Source of the DNA: the human T2T-CHM13v2.0 reference genome, Homo sapiens
Assembly: GCF_009914755.1 (NCBI RefSeq)
Contig: NC_060930.1
Length of the DNA stretch: 64,000 nucleotides
Strand: one strand, 5' to 3'
Shown here in pieces: positions 1 through 16,244 of this stretch. The position numbers and the translations under genes were made by a program. The notes under the pieces are model-generated. The model was not told the DNA's origin, did no database searches, and saw only the letters and a program-made list of their open reading frames with translations. Position 1 is the stretch's first letter, and each line of letters starts with the position of its first letter.

Positions 1-103
1 ATTGCTTGAACCTGGGAGGCGGAGGTTGCAGTGAGCCGAGATCGAGATCGAGCCACTGCACTTCAGCGTGGGTGACAAAGTGAGACCCTGGCTCAAAAAA
101 AAA
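1..103 (+). mobile_element. Alu right arm 3' part with poly(A), cut by the window edge
   Basis: TTGAACCTGGGAGGCGGAGGTTGCAGTGAGCCGAGATC...CCACTGCAC...GACAAAGTGAGACCCTG followed by an A-tail; small GAGATC tandem duplication at ~38-49. Confidence 0.95.
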
Positions 104-193
104 GCTGATTATTAAACATTTGCCCGCACACCATTGAGTGGTTTCATTGAGTTCCAACCTCATAATTAGCTCTCAGATAATTCAATCTAGTGC

Positions 194-691
194 TTATAAG
201 TCCTGAGTGGAACACTTGGGTAGAAATATCATGACTAGGAGAGGGCAGCCAAGATGGCTGAATAGGAACAGCTCCGGTCTACAGCTCCCAGCGTGAGTGA
301 CGCAGAAGACCGGTGATTTCTGCATTTCCATCTGAGGTACCAGGTTCATCTCACTAGGGAGTGCCAGACAGTGGGCACAGGACAGTGGGTGCAGCACACC
401 ATGCGAGAGCCGAAGCAGGGCGAGGCATAGCCTCACTCGGGAAGCACAAGGGGTCAGGGAGTTCCCTTTCCTAGTCAAAGAAAGGGGTGACAGACGGCAC
501 CTGGAAAATCGGGTCACTCCCACCCGAATACTGCACTTTTCTGAGGGTCTTAAAAAACGGCGCACCAGGAGATGATATCCCGCACCTGGCTCGGAGGGTC
601 CTACACCCACGGAGTCTCGCTGATTGCTAACACAGCAGTCTGAGATCAAACTGCAAGGCGGCAGCGAGGCAGGGGGAGGGGCGCCCGCCAT
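194..691 (-). CDS. L1 ORF0-like antisense ORF, extended to 165 aa
   Basis: MAGAPPPASLPPCSLISDCC..NQRDSVGVGPSEPG at aa 88 of the 194..952 ORF is the ORF0 N-terminus (ATG = CAT at 689-691); frame open to the stop at 194; expression unproven. Confidence 0.55.
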   Translation of the reverse strand: MAGAPPPASLPPCSLISDCCVSNQRDSVGVGPSEPGAGYHLLVRRFLRPSEKCSIRVGVTRFSRCRLSPLSLTRKGNSLTPCASRVRLCLALLRLSHGVLHPLSCAHCLALPSEMNLVPQMEMQKSPVFCVTHAGSCRPELFLFSHLGCPLLVMIFLPKCSTQDL

Positions 692-1273
692 TGCCCAGGC
701 ATGTTTAGATAACAAAGCAGCTGGGAAGCTACAACTGGGTGGAGCCCACCACGGCTCAAGGAGGCCTGCCTGCCTCTGTAGGCTCCACCTCTGGGGGCAG
801 GGCACAGACAAACAAAAAGACAGCAGTAACCTCTGCAGACTTAAATGTTCCTGTCTGATAGCTTTGAAGAGAGCAGTGGTTCTCCCAGCCCGCAGCTGGA
901 GATCTGAGAATGGGCAGACTGCCTCCTCAAGTGGGTCCCTGACCCCTGACACCTGAGCAGCCTAACTGGGAGGCACCCCCCAGTATGGGCAGACTGACAC
1001 CTCACACGGCTGGGTACTCCTCTGAGACAAAACTTCCAGAGGAACGATCAGACAGCAGCATTCACGGTTCACGAAAATCCGCTGTTCTGCAGCCACCGCT
1101 GCTGTTACCCAGGCAAACAGGGTCTGGAGTGAACCTCTAGCAAACTCCCACAGACCTGCAGCTGAGGGTCCTGTCTGTTAGAAGGAAAACTAACAAACAG
1201 AAAGGACATCCACACCAAAAACCCATCTGTACATCACCATCATCAAAGACCAAAAGTAGATAAAACCACAAAG
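238..1273 (+). promoter_or_regulatory. L1 5'UTR internal sense promoter (YY1 motif CAAGATGGC at ~250) plus antisense promoter region
   Basis: Matches the L1PA 5'UTR; established sense/antisense promoter function of this region; many CpGs have decayed, so activity is unknown. Confidence 0.7.
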
Positions 1274-2286
1274 ATGGCGAAAAAACAGAGCAGAAAAACT
1301 GAAAACTCTAAAAAGCAGAGCACCTCTCCTCCTCCAAAGGAATCCAGTGCCTCACCAGCAATGGAACAAAGCAGGACAGAGAATGACTTTGACGAGTTGA
1401 GAGAAGTCTTCAGATGATCAAACTACTCCGAGCTACAGGAGGAAATTCAAACCAAAGGCAAAGAAGTTAAAAACTTGAAAAAAACTTAGGTGAATCTACA
1501 ACTAGAATAACCAATACAGAGAAGTCCCTAAAGGACCTGATGGAGCTGAAAGTCAAGGCTCAAGAACTACGTGAAGAATGCAGAAGCCTCAGGAGCCGAT
1601 GCGATCAACTGGAAGAAAGGGTATCAGTGATGGAAGATCAAATGAATGAAATGAAGCGAGAAGGGAAGTTTAGAGAAAAAAGAATAAAAAGAAACGAACA
1701 AAGCCTCCAAGAAATGAGGGAATATGTGAAAAGACGAAATCTACATCTGATTGGTGTACCTGAAAGTGACAGGGAGAATGGAATCAAGTTGGAAAACACT
1801 CTGCAGGATATGATCTAGGAGAACTTCCCCAATCTAGTGAGGCAGGCCAACATTCAGATTCAGGAAATACAGAGAAAGCCACAAAGATACTCCTCAAGAA
1901 GAGCAACTCCAAGACACATAATTGTCAGATTCACCAAAGTTGAAATGAAGGAAAAAATGTTAAGGGCAGCCAGAGAGAAAGGTCGGGTTACCCACAAAGG
2001 GAAGCCCATCAGACTAACAGTGGATCTCTCAGCAGAAACTCTACAAGCCAGAAGAGAGTAGGGGCCAATATTTGACATTCTTAAAGGAAAGAATTTTCAG
2101 CCCAGAAGTTCATATCCAGCCAAACTAAGCTTCATAAGTGAAGGAGAAATAAAATCCTTTACAGACAAGCAAATGCTGAGAGATTTTGTCACCACCAGGC
2201 CTGCCCTAAAAGAGCTCCTGAAGGAAGCACTAAACATGGAAAGGAAAAACCGGTACCAGCCACTGCAAAATCATGCGAAATTGTAA
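1274..2286 (+). pseudogene. L1 ORF1p (RNA-binding/coiled-coil) remnant with stops and frameshifts
   Basis: ATG at 1274; fragments MELKVKAQELREECRSLRSRCDQLEER and RRATPRHIIVRFTKVEMKEKMLRAAREK; in-frame TAG at 1816 and 2059; TAA at 2284-2286. Confidence 0.93.
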
Positions 2287-2349
2287 ACACCATCAAGGCT
2301 AGGAAGAAACTGCATCAACTAATGAGCAAAATAACCAGCTAACATCATA

Positions 2350-6172
<3,823 letters not shown>

Positions 6173-6499
6173 ACAATGAGAACACATGGACACAGGAAGG
6201 AGAACATCACACTCTGGGGACTGTTGTGGGGTGGGGGGAGGGGGGAGGGATAGCTTTAGGAGATATACCTAATGCTAAATGACGAGTTAGTGGGTGCAGC
6301 GCACCAGCATGGCACATGTATACATATGTAACTAACCTGCACATTGTGCACATGTACCCTAAAACTTAAAGTATAATAAAATAAAATAAAATAAAGAAAT
6401 ATCATGACTAACATCCTTGATTGCTCAACTATATTTTTCCTCCTAAAATAGAAAAAAATGCAATGTATGCTTTCCCCTTTCTGAGCAGACTTAATTTTG

Positions 6500-6523
6500 T
6501 ATATATATATATATATATATATA
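6500..6523. repeat. (TA)n microsatellite
   Basis: About 12 TA units read directly. Confidence 0.95.
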
Positions 6524-6544
6524 CATTTCTAGCATATGTTGCAG

Positions 6545-6890
6545 CTCCTTGAGCACCTACTATGTTCCCAGTGCCATACTACTGAATTAAAAAAAAAAAT
6601 CCTCTCGCACTTTTGGAACATGCATAAAATTCCAAAGTCTTTAATTCCTTGGAAATTTCATAGAATTGAAGGAGATTACATGTAACGTGAGCATAATGAG
6701 GAAGAGGGAATGATACCAGATGAGGTTTGCCTTGTAGGCAGACCCAAATAAAGGGTTTGTATTTGATTTGAAATTTAATAGGAAGCCCTTATACAACCTC
6801 AAGCAGAGAAGGCAAGGGTTCAGATTTATATTTCAAGATCACTCTGGTTGCTGTGTGAGAACTTACTGTAGAGGGCAAAAGAGAAAACTG
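6545..6890 (-). mobile_element. L2 relic
   Basis: TTGAGCACCTACTATGT and AAGATCACTCTGGTTGCTGTGTGAGAA are typical antisense L2 motifs; boundaries approximate. Confidence 0.6.
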
Positions 6891-7167
6891 GGTAGTGAAA
6901 CCATTTTTTCTTAAATTTCTTCAAAGAAAAACCTTCTAAAATTCCCTTTGGCCCTTTTGTTCACAAAATTTCTCTTTACAACGGCAAGAATGCAAATCTT
7001 TGAGTCAAACAGTGGGGAAAAAATTGCATCACTGGAGAATAGGTAAAGTCATCTCAGAAACAATGTGATATAACAATATATTTTTATAGTACTATATTTT
7101 TCAAGACACCTGGTCTCCTCTGACCATAAAGTTCAAGCCCTAGAATTCAGGTTGAATTACATTCAAC

Positions 7168-7370
7168 TAGCATCATCCAAGAGGACTTTCTACAATGATG
7201 AAAATACTCTATATTTGCGTTCTCCAATGTGGCACCTCTTCTTCATGTGTGGCTGTTGAGCACTTTAAATGTGGCCAGTGTGACTGAGGAGTTTGATATT
7301 TAATTTTTATTAATTAAATTTAAATTAAACAGCCACATGTGGCCATTGCCTGTTGTATTACACAGTGCAG
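7168..7370 (+). mobile_element. MER3 (hAT-Charlie MITE)
   Basis: ACTTTCTACAATGATGAAAATACTCTATAT...TGTGGCTGTTGAGCACTTTAAATGTGGCCAGTGTGACTGAGG...AGCCACATGTGGCC. Confidence 0.85.
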
Positions 7371-7389
7371 TGTTAGACCATGTATATCT

Positions 7390-7505
7390 CTGACCATACA
7401 AGTGACCTCTCTGAGCCCTATATTTGTATAACAGTACTTTCCTATTAGGGAGGTGAGAATTAAATAATACACATAAAAGCAGAGAGCTTTGTGCCTAGCA
7501 GCTCT
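7390..7505 (+). mobile_element. MIR fragment
   Basis: TGACC...ACCTCTCTGAGCC...GTGAGAATTAAAT...GTGCCTAGCA core. Confidence 0.6.
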
Positions 7506-7530
7506 CAGGAAAAAAAATGGAAGCTGGATT

Positions 7531-7741
7531 CGGTAGTATACTGGAGTGGGAGTGAACTGGTTTGTGAGAGCCAATTGTGGACATCTCTTTTCAACTCCAG
7601 GTTCATTGACATCACATGTGGTCATAGTGGGAATATATATATATATATACCATGAAGGTCAGCAACTAGTACAAATTAGGGCTCCCTACCCCTACACTAA
7701 ACCCAAGAGCCAGTTGCTAAACATTTACCAACATACCACTT
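7531..7741. mobile_element. MER63-like hAT-Blackjack MITE
   Basis: Degenerate TIRs CGGTAGTATACTGG / CCAACATACCACT; GAGAGCCAATTG and GAGCCAGTTGCTAAACATTTACCA motifs. Confidence 0.65.
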
Positions 7742-8780
7742 GTTTGATGCATTTACAAATTTATTTTAGTATTTCCACTATCAGACAAACAAATAAGCAT
7801 CTTAAGCATTTATTTCTCACACAATAAACTAGAACCTTAATTTTTCAGTAATTCTTTTTTAAATTCTTTTCACAATATTATTTTATTCTTCTGTCCCTTT
7901 CCTTATCTGACTTTCACAGACATGTTTGCTTCTGTATTTCTGCTGCCTCAGAGAAGCTTCTCCCTGAGGAAGACTTTGAATATTTGTTCTTCCTTCCTTT
8001 TTCCTCTTGCTTCAACACAACCTGTGAACTTTTGGTCATTTCAGTTTGTCTACTCATTCTCTCCTACAAGGAAAGGAGCCAGCCAACCACACAACTCAGT
8101 CACAATGACATATTCAGAAATAAGACCAGGTGTTACATGTCCTCTCTCCACACCCTTCCTGGGTTGGTGCTCTCTATAGTCCTAAGCTTTTGCATTGTCC
8201 AGCAAAATGTTTTACAAAATGTTGCAAATTACATCTTTGCTTTGCTCCCATCCTCCTATTTGCAGTCATTTTAGGTGATGCTTTATCTGCAAACTAGATT
8301 AGAAAGATTCTATATTTATATTAGGGGTGACTTTCTTTTCTCAGCAATATGTTCTTAAGATAACTGCCTGAAAATTTGAAGTCCCTAAATCCTGTCTCAG
8401 CCTGAGACTTAGTAAAACTCCTGCAGATAGTTTATTTGTTAAAAAGCTTAAAGTAAAGATGGTCCCGAATGAAGACCCCTTGCTTCCCAAACTGCTCAGA
8501 GCCCATATGGACTTGTGAGCTCTGATCTCTACCAACAGGTAACTCTAATTAACTTCACTGGTATGATACCTTTTGAGTAGATGCTAAGAAAGTCTACCCC
8601 TTTGGTGTTCAAAACATTAACAAAGATTTTCTTAAGCAGTGGAATTTTTTCTTCAAAGATAATTCACATGGAAGTCCAGTATACAAAACAAGTAAAAGCT
8701 TAGGTTTTTCTGGTTTTGGTGTGTGCAGCAAATCTATCCAAGGGTCAGGGGGCTTTAAATAGTACTATTGGAAAAATCAA

Positions 8781-8955
8781 ATTTATTTATTTATTTATTT
8801 ATTTTAAAGGTGAAGTCTTGCTCTGTTACCCAGGCTAGAGGGCAGTGGTGCCATCATAGCTAACTGCAGCCTCAATTTCCTGGGGTCAAGTGATCTTCCT
8901 GCCTCAGCCTCCTAAGTAACTAGAACTACAGGCAGGTGCCACCATGCCCGATTAA
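8781..8955 (-). mobile_element. Old Alu right monomer (AluJ/FRAM-like) with (TTTA)n tail
   Basis: GTCTTGCTCTGTTACCCAGGCTAGAG...ATCATAGCTAACTGCAGCCTC...CCACCATGCCCG; only one arm present. Confidence 0.85.
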
Positions 8956-9355
8956 AGATTTATTTTTTAAAAAGCAATTCTATTCTTCACCATATTATAC
9001 ATTTATTCTGTTGGCGGGAAGTCTTTCTAAACTATACTATACTATACTATATTTTCTCTTTTAAAAATAAGTCTTGGTTTCTCTGACTAAAATTTTATGT
9101 AACAATCAAGAGATCAAATAGATTTAAGAATACCTTTGCTGTCATAGATAATTTTTTATTATACGTTAAGTTCTAGGATACATGTGCAGAACGTGCAAGT
9201 TTGTTACTTAGGTATACACGTGCTGTGGTGGTTTGCTGCACCCATCAACCTGTCATCTACATTAGGTATTTCTCCTAATGCTATCCCTCCCCTAGCCCCC
9301 CAACACCCGACAGGTGTGTGATATTCCCCTCCCTGTGTCCAGGTGTTCTCATTGT

Positions 9356-12300
9356 TCAGCTCCCACCTATGAGTGAGAACATGCAATGTTTGGTTTTCTG
9401 TTTCTGTGTTAGTTTGCTGAGAATGATGGTTTCCAGCTTCATCCATGTCCCTCCAAAGGACATGAACTCATCGTTTTTTATGGTTTCATAGTATTCCATG
9501 GTGTATATGTGCCACATTTTCTTTATCCAGTCTATCATTGATGGATATTTGGGTTGGTTCCAAGTCTTTGCTATTATGAATAGTGCTGCAATAAACATAC
9601 ATGAATATGCATCTTTATAGTAGAATGATTTATAATCCTTAGGGTATATACCCCATAATGGGATTGCTGGATCAAATGGTATTTCTGGTTGTAGATCCTT
9701 GAGGGATCACCACACTGTCTTCCACAATGCTTGAACTTATTTACACTCCCACCAACAGTGTAAAAGTGTTCCTATTTCTCCATATCCTCTCTAGCATCTT
9801 TTCCTGACTTCTTAATGATCACCATTCTAACTGGCATGAGATGGTATCTCATTGTGGTTTTGATTTGCATTTCTCTAAAGACCAGTGATGATGAGCTTTT
9901 TTTCATATGTTTGTTGGCTGCATAAATGTCTTCTTTTGAAAAGTGTCTGTTCATATCCTTTGCCCACTTTTTGATGGAGTTTTTTTTTTCTTGTACATTT
10001 GTTTAAGTTCTTTGTAGATTCTGGATATTAGCCCTCTATCTGGATATTAGTAGATCCTCTATCAGATGGATAGATTGCAAAAGTTTTCTCCCATTCTGTA
10101 GGTTGTATGTTTACTCTGATGATAGTTTCTTTTGCTGTGCAGAAGCTCTTTAGTTTAATTAGATCATATTTGTCAATTTTGGCTTTTGTTGCCATTGCTT
10201 TTGGTGGTTTAGTCATGAAGTCTTTGCCCATGCCTATGCCCTGAATGGTATTGTCTAGGTTTTCTTCTAGTGTTTTTATAGTTTTAGGTCTTATGTTTAA
10301 GTCTTCAACCCATCTTGAGTTAATTTTTGTATAAGGTGTAATGAAGGGGTCCAGTTTCAGTTTTCTGTGTATGGCTAGCCAGTTTTCTCAACACCATTTA
10401 TTAAATAGGGAATTCTTTCCCCATTGCTTGTTTTTGTCAGGTGTCAAAGATCAGATGGTTGTAGACATGTGGTGTTATTTCTGAGGCCTCTGTTCTGTTC
10501 CATTCGTCTATATATCTGTTTTGGTACCAGTGCCATGCTGTTTTGGTTATTGTAGCCTTGTAGTATAGTTTGAAGTCAGGTAACATGATGCTTCCAGCTT
10601 TGTTCCTTTTGCTTAGGATTGTCTTGGCTATACAGGCTCATCTTTGGTCCATATGAAATTTAAAGTAGTTTTTCCTGATTCTGTGAAGAAAGTCAGTGGT
10701 AGCTTGATGAGGATAGAATTGAATCTATAAATTACTTTGGGCAGTATGGCCATTTTCACGATATTGATTCTTCCTATCTGTGAGCATGGAATGTTTTCAA
10801 ATTTGTTTGTGTCCTCTCTTATTCTTTCAGCAGTGGTTTGTAGTTCTCCTTGAAGAGGTCCTTCACATCTCTTGTAAGTTGTATTCCTAGGTATTTTATT
10901 CTCTTTGTAGCAATTGTGAATGGGAGTTCATTCATGATTTGGCTGTCTCTTTGTGTGTTATTGGTCTATAGGAATGCTTATGATTTTTGCACATTGATTT
11001 TGTGTCCTGAGACTTTGCTGAAGTTGCTTATCAGCTTAAGGAGATTTTGGGCTGAGACGATAGGGTTTTCTAAATATACAATCACGTCATCTGCAAACAG
11101 AGACAATTTGACTTCCTCTCTTCCTATTTGAACACCCTTTATTTCTTTCTCATGCCTGATTGCCCTGGCCAGAACTTCCAATACTGTGTTGAATAGGAAT
11201 GGTGAGAGAGGGCATCCTTGTCTTGTGCTGGTTTTCAAAGAGAGTGTTTCCAGCTTTTGACCATTCAGTATGAAATTGGCTATAGATTTGTCAAAAGAAG
11301 CTCTTAATATTTTCAGATATGTTCCATCAGTACCTAGTTTATTGAGAGTTTTTAACATGAAGCGGTGTTGAATTTTATCAAAGGCCTTTTCTGCATCTAT
11401 TGAGATAATCATGTGGTTTTTGTCATTGGTTCTGTTTATGTAATGCATTATGTTTATTGATTAGTATATGTTGAACCAGCCTTGCATCCCAGGGATGAAG
11501 CCAAGAAGCTGACTTGATTGTGATGGATAAGCTTTTTAATGTGCTGCTGGATTTGGTTTGCCAGTATTTTATTGAGGATTTTCACATGGATGTTCATCAG
11601 GGATATTGGTCTGAAATTTTTGTTGTTGTTGTTGTGTCTCTGCCAGGTTTTGGTATAGGATGATGCTGGCCTCATAAGATGAGTTAGGGAGGGGTCTCTC
11701 TATTTATATTGCTTGAAATACTTTCAGAAGGAATGGTACTAGCTCCTCTTTGTAGCTCTGGTAGAATTCGGCTGTGAATCTGTCTGGCCCTGGGCTTTTT
11801 TTTGTTGGTAGGCTATTAATTCCTGCCTCAATTTCAAAAGTTGTTATTGGTCTATTCAGGGATTCGACTTCTTCCTTGGTTTAGTCTTGGGAGGGTTTAT
11901 GTTTCCAGGAATGTATCCATTTCTTCTAGATTTTCTAGTTTATTTGCATATAGGCGTTTACAGTATTCTCTGATGGTAGTTTGTATTTATGTGGGATCAG
12001 TGGTGATCTCCTCTTTATCATTTTTTATTGTGTCAAGCTGATTATTTTCTCTTTTCTTCTGTATTAATCTGGCTAGCAGTCTATCTATTTTGTTAATCTT
12101 TTCAAAAAAAACAGCTCCTGGATTCATTGATTTTTTTTAAGGATTTTGTGTCTCTATCTCCTTCAGTTCTGCTCTTATCTTAGTTATTTCTTGTCTTCTG
12201 CTGGCTTTTGAATTTGTTTGCTCTTGCTTCTCTAATTCTTTAAATTTTGATGTTAGAGTGTCAATTTTGGATCTTTCCTGCTTTCGCCTGTGGGCATTTA

Positions 12301-13251
12301 GTGCTATAAATTTTCCTCGAAACACTGCTTTAATTGTGTCCCAGAGATTCTGGTATGTTTTGTCTTTGTTCTCATTGGTTTCAAAGAACTTATTTATTTC
12401 TGCCTTAATTTTGTTATTTACTCATTAGTCATTCAGGATCAGGCTGTTCAGTTTCCATGTAGTTGTGCGGTTTTTAGTGAGTTTCTTAATCCTAAATTCT
12501 AATTTGATTGCACTCTGATCAGAGAGACTGTTTGTTATGATTTCCGGGTTTTTTTTTTTGTTTTTGTTTTGTTTTGTTTGGTTTGGTTTTTTTTTTTGCA
12601 TTTGCTGAGTAGTGTTTTACTTCTAATTATGTGTTCCATTTTAGAATAAGTGAGATGTGGTTCTGAGAAGAATGTATATTTTGTTGATTTGGGGTGGAGA
12701 GTTCTGTAGATGTCTATTAGGTCTGCTTGATCCAGAGCTGAGCTGAGTTCAAGTCCTGAATATCATTGTTAATTTTCTGTTTCGTTGATCTGTCTAATAT
12801 TGACAGTGGGGTATTAAAGTATCTCACTATTATTGTGTGGGAGTCTAAGTCTCTTTGTAGGTCTCTAAGAACTTGCTTTTTGAATCTGGATGCTCCTGTA
12901 TTGGGTGCATGTATATTTAGGATAGTTAGCTCTTCTTGTTGCATTGATCCCTTTACCATTATGTATTGCCCTTTTTTGTTTCTTTTGATCTTTGTTGGTT
13001 ATAAGTCTGTTTTATCGGAGACTAAGATTGCAACTGCTGCTTTTCTTTGCTTTGCATTTGCTTGGTAAATATTTCTCCATCCCTTTATTTTGAGCCTATG
13101 TGTGTCTTTGCATGTGAGATGGGTCTCCTGAATACAGCACACCAATCGGTCTTGACTCTATCCAATTTGCCAGTCTGTGTCTTTTAATTGGGGCATTTAG
13201 CCTTTTAACATTTGAGGTTAATATTGTTATGTGTGAATTTGATACTGTCAT
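9356..13251 (-). pseudogene. L1 ORF2p remnant
   Basis: Fragments [49 protein letters not shown]; many frameshifts. Confidence 0.9.
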
Positions 13252-13314
13252 TATGATGGTAGCTGGTTATTTTGCTCATTAGTTGATGCAGTTTCTTCAT
13301 AGTGTCAATGATCT

Positions 13315-14335
13315 TTACAATTTGGTATGTTTGTGCAGTGCTGCCATTGGTTGTTCCTTTACATATTTAGTGCTTCCTTCAGGAGCTCTTGTAAGGCAGG
13401 ACTGGTGATGACAAAATCCCTCAGCATTTGCTTGTCTGTAAAGGTTTTTCTTCTTCTTTCCTTATGAAGCTTAGTTTGGCTGGATATGAAATTCTGGGTT
13501 AAAAATTCTTTATTTAAGAATGTTGAATATTTGTCCCGATCTCTTCTGGCTTGTAGGATTCCTGCAGAGAGATCTGCTGGTAGTCTGACAGGCTTCCTTT
13601 TGTGGGTAAGCCGACCTTTCTCTCTGGCAGCCCTTAACATTTTTTTCATTCATTTCAACCTTGCTGAATCTGACGATTATGTGTCTTGGGGTTGCTCTTC
13701 TAGAAAAGTATCTTTGTGGTGTTCTTCGTATTTCCTGAATTTAAATTTTGGCCTGTTTTGCTAGGTTGGGGAAGTTCTCCTAGATAATATCCAGAGAAGT
13801 GTTTCCAATTTGGTTCTATTCTCCCCGTCACTTTCAGGTACACGAATCGTATGTAGGGTCTTTTCACATAGTCTCATATTTCTTGGAGGTTTGTCCATTC
13901 CTTTTCATTCTTTTTTCCTCTAATCTTGTCTTCATGCTTTATTTCCTTAAGTTGATCTTTGATCTCTGATATCCTTTCTTCCACTTGATCGATTCCATTA
14001 TTGATACTTGTGTATGCTTCATGAAGTTCTCATGCTGTGTTTTTCAACTCCATCAGGTCATTTATGTTCTTCTCTAAACTGGTTATTCTGGTTAGCAATT
14101 CCTCTAACCTTTTTTCAAGGTTCTTAGCTTGCTTGCATTGGGTTAGAACATAATCCTTTAGCTCGGAGGAGTTTATTATTACCTGCCTTCTGAAGCCTAC
14201 TTCTGTCAATTTGTTAAATCCATTCTTTGTCCAGTTTTGTCCCCTTGCTGGTGAGGAGTTGTGTGTGATCCTTTGGAGGAGAAGAGCCATTCTGGTTTTT
14301 GGAATTTTCAGCCTTTCTGCACTGTTTTTTCTCAT
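13315..14335 (-). pseudogene. L1 ORF1p remnant
   Basis: Fragments LLTRITSLEKNINDLMELKNTA and KMLRAAREKGR...QMLRDFV...LQELLKEALNM. Confidence 0.88.
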
Positions 14336-16244
14336 CTTCGTGGATTTATCTACCTTTGGTCTTTGATGTTGGTGACCTTCGGATGGGGTTTTTCTGTGAA
14401 CGTTCTTTTTGTTGATGTTGATGCTATTCCTTTCTGTTTGTTAGTTTTCCTTCTAACAGTCAGGCCCCTCTGCCGCAGGTCTGCTGGAGTTTGCTGGAGG
14501 TCCACTCTAGAGCCTGTTTGCCTGGGTATCACCAGCAGAGGCTGCAGAACAGCAAAGATTGCTGCCTGTTACTTCCTCTGGAAGCTTTTACCCAGAGGGT
14601 ACCCACAAGATGCCAGCTGGAGCTGGAGCTCTGCTGTTTGAGGTGTCTGTTGACGCCTGCTGGAAGGTGTCTCCCAGTCAGGAGGCATGGGGGTCAGGGA
14701 CCCACTTGAGGAAGTAGTCTGTCCCTTAGCAGAGCTCGACCACTGTGCTGGGAGATCTGCTGCTCTCTTCAGAGCTGGCAGGCAGGAATGTTTAAATCTG
14801 CTGAAGCTGTGTCCACAGCGTTCCCTTCCCCTAGGTTCTCTGTCCTAGGGAGATGGGAGTTTTATCTATAAACCCTGACTGGAGCTGCTGCCTTTCTTTC
14901 AGAGATGCCCTGCCCATAGAGGAAGAATCTAGAGAGGCAGTCTGGCTACAGCAGCTTTGAGGAGCTGCAGTGGGCTCCACCCAGTCTGAACTTCCAGGGG
15001 CTTTGTTTACACTGTGAGGGGAAAACCACCTACTCAAGCCCCAATGGCAGACGCCCCTCCCCCCACCAAACTTGAGTGTCCCAGGTCCACTTCAGACTGC
15101 TGTGCTGGCAGCAAGAATTTCAAGCCAGTGGATCTTAGCTTGCTGGGATCTGTGGGGGTGGGATCCACTGAGCTAGACCACTTGGCTCCCTGGCTTCAGC
15201 CTCCTTTTCAGGGGAGTGAATGGTTCTGTCTCACTTGTGTTCCAGGCACCACTGGGGTAAGAAAAGAACTCCTGCAGCTAGCTCGGTGTCTGCCCAAACG
15301 GCTGCCCAGTTTTGTGCTTGAAACCCAGAGCACTGGTGGTGTAGGCAACCAAGGGAATCTCCTGGTCTGCAGGATGCAAAGACTGTAGGAAAAGTGTAAT
15401 ATCTGGGCTGGAATGCACCATTCCTCACAGCACAGTCCCTCAGGGCTTCCCTTAGCTAGGGGAGGGAGTTCCCCTACCCCTTGCGTTTCCCTGGTGAGGC
15501 AACACTCCACCCTCCTTCTGCTCACCCTCCGTGGGCTGCACCCCCTGTCTAACCAGTCCCAATGAGATGGCCCGCATACCTCAGTTGGAAATGCAGAAAT
15601 CACCCATCTTCTGTGTTGATCTCATTGGGAGCTTCAGACCAGAGTTGTTCCTATTTGGCCACCTTGCCACCACCTCCTCTTCTCCCCTTTCATGCATGAT
15701 TTTTTAAATGCTGTAATTTCACAGTGAAATACATCAAAATTAGCATAATGTTGCTTGTACCTTTATAATGTCTCTTGCCATGTAACGTTTTACATATAGA
15801 AATCAGTTTATGTAATAAGCTGTGTGACCTCAATATTGATGTTCAATTATTGCTACAAATAATTGTACAAACAAAAAATTCCATATTTTAACAGGACTTT
15901 AAGTCTCAATGGCTTCACGATAATCCCCTGGGGAAAAATCAGCAATTTCAAGTGGCCTAAGATTTAAGTCTTAAAAGTTTACAGTACCTTTTGGAAGATC
16001 GATATGCATGCTTCTCTGTCCTTTCCTTTCATATGTCCATGTTATAGTTTTATTGCCATGAGCGAGTAATGTCCTCAACCCACAATTGGTCATGCCATAC
16101 AATTTTCATCAGAAAAACAAGTTAATATCAATAACATTAAAATCAGAAGGATTACTATATTTTTCCAAATTGTTTTGTATCTAATAAAGCCATAGTTCAG
16201 GTAGATTCATATGACCACTTAACCAAGACTATTTTATCCAATGG

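Larger units (their letters stand above)
9152..15689 (-). mobile_element. Full-length LINE-1, L1PA7/L1PA8-type, inactive
   Basis: 3'UTR at 9152-9355, ORF2 and ORF1 remnants, complete 5'UTR ending GTTCCTATTTGGCCACCTTG; degenerate candidate TSD TCATAGATAATTTTTT (9142-9157) vs TCATGCATGATTTTTT (15690-15705). Confidence 0.93.

Noticed and set aside
6227-6250. G-quadruplex motif
   Set aside because: Standard feature of the L1PA 3'UTR, not specific to this locus.
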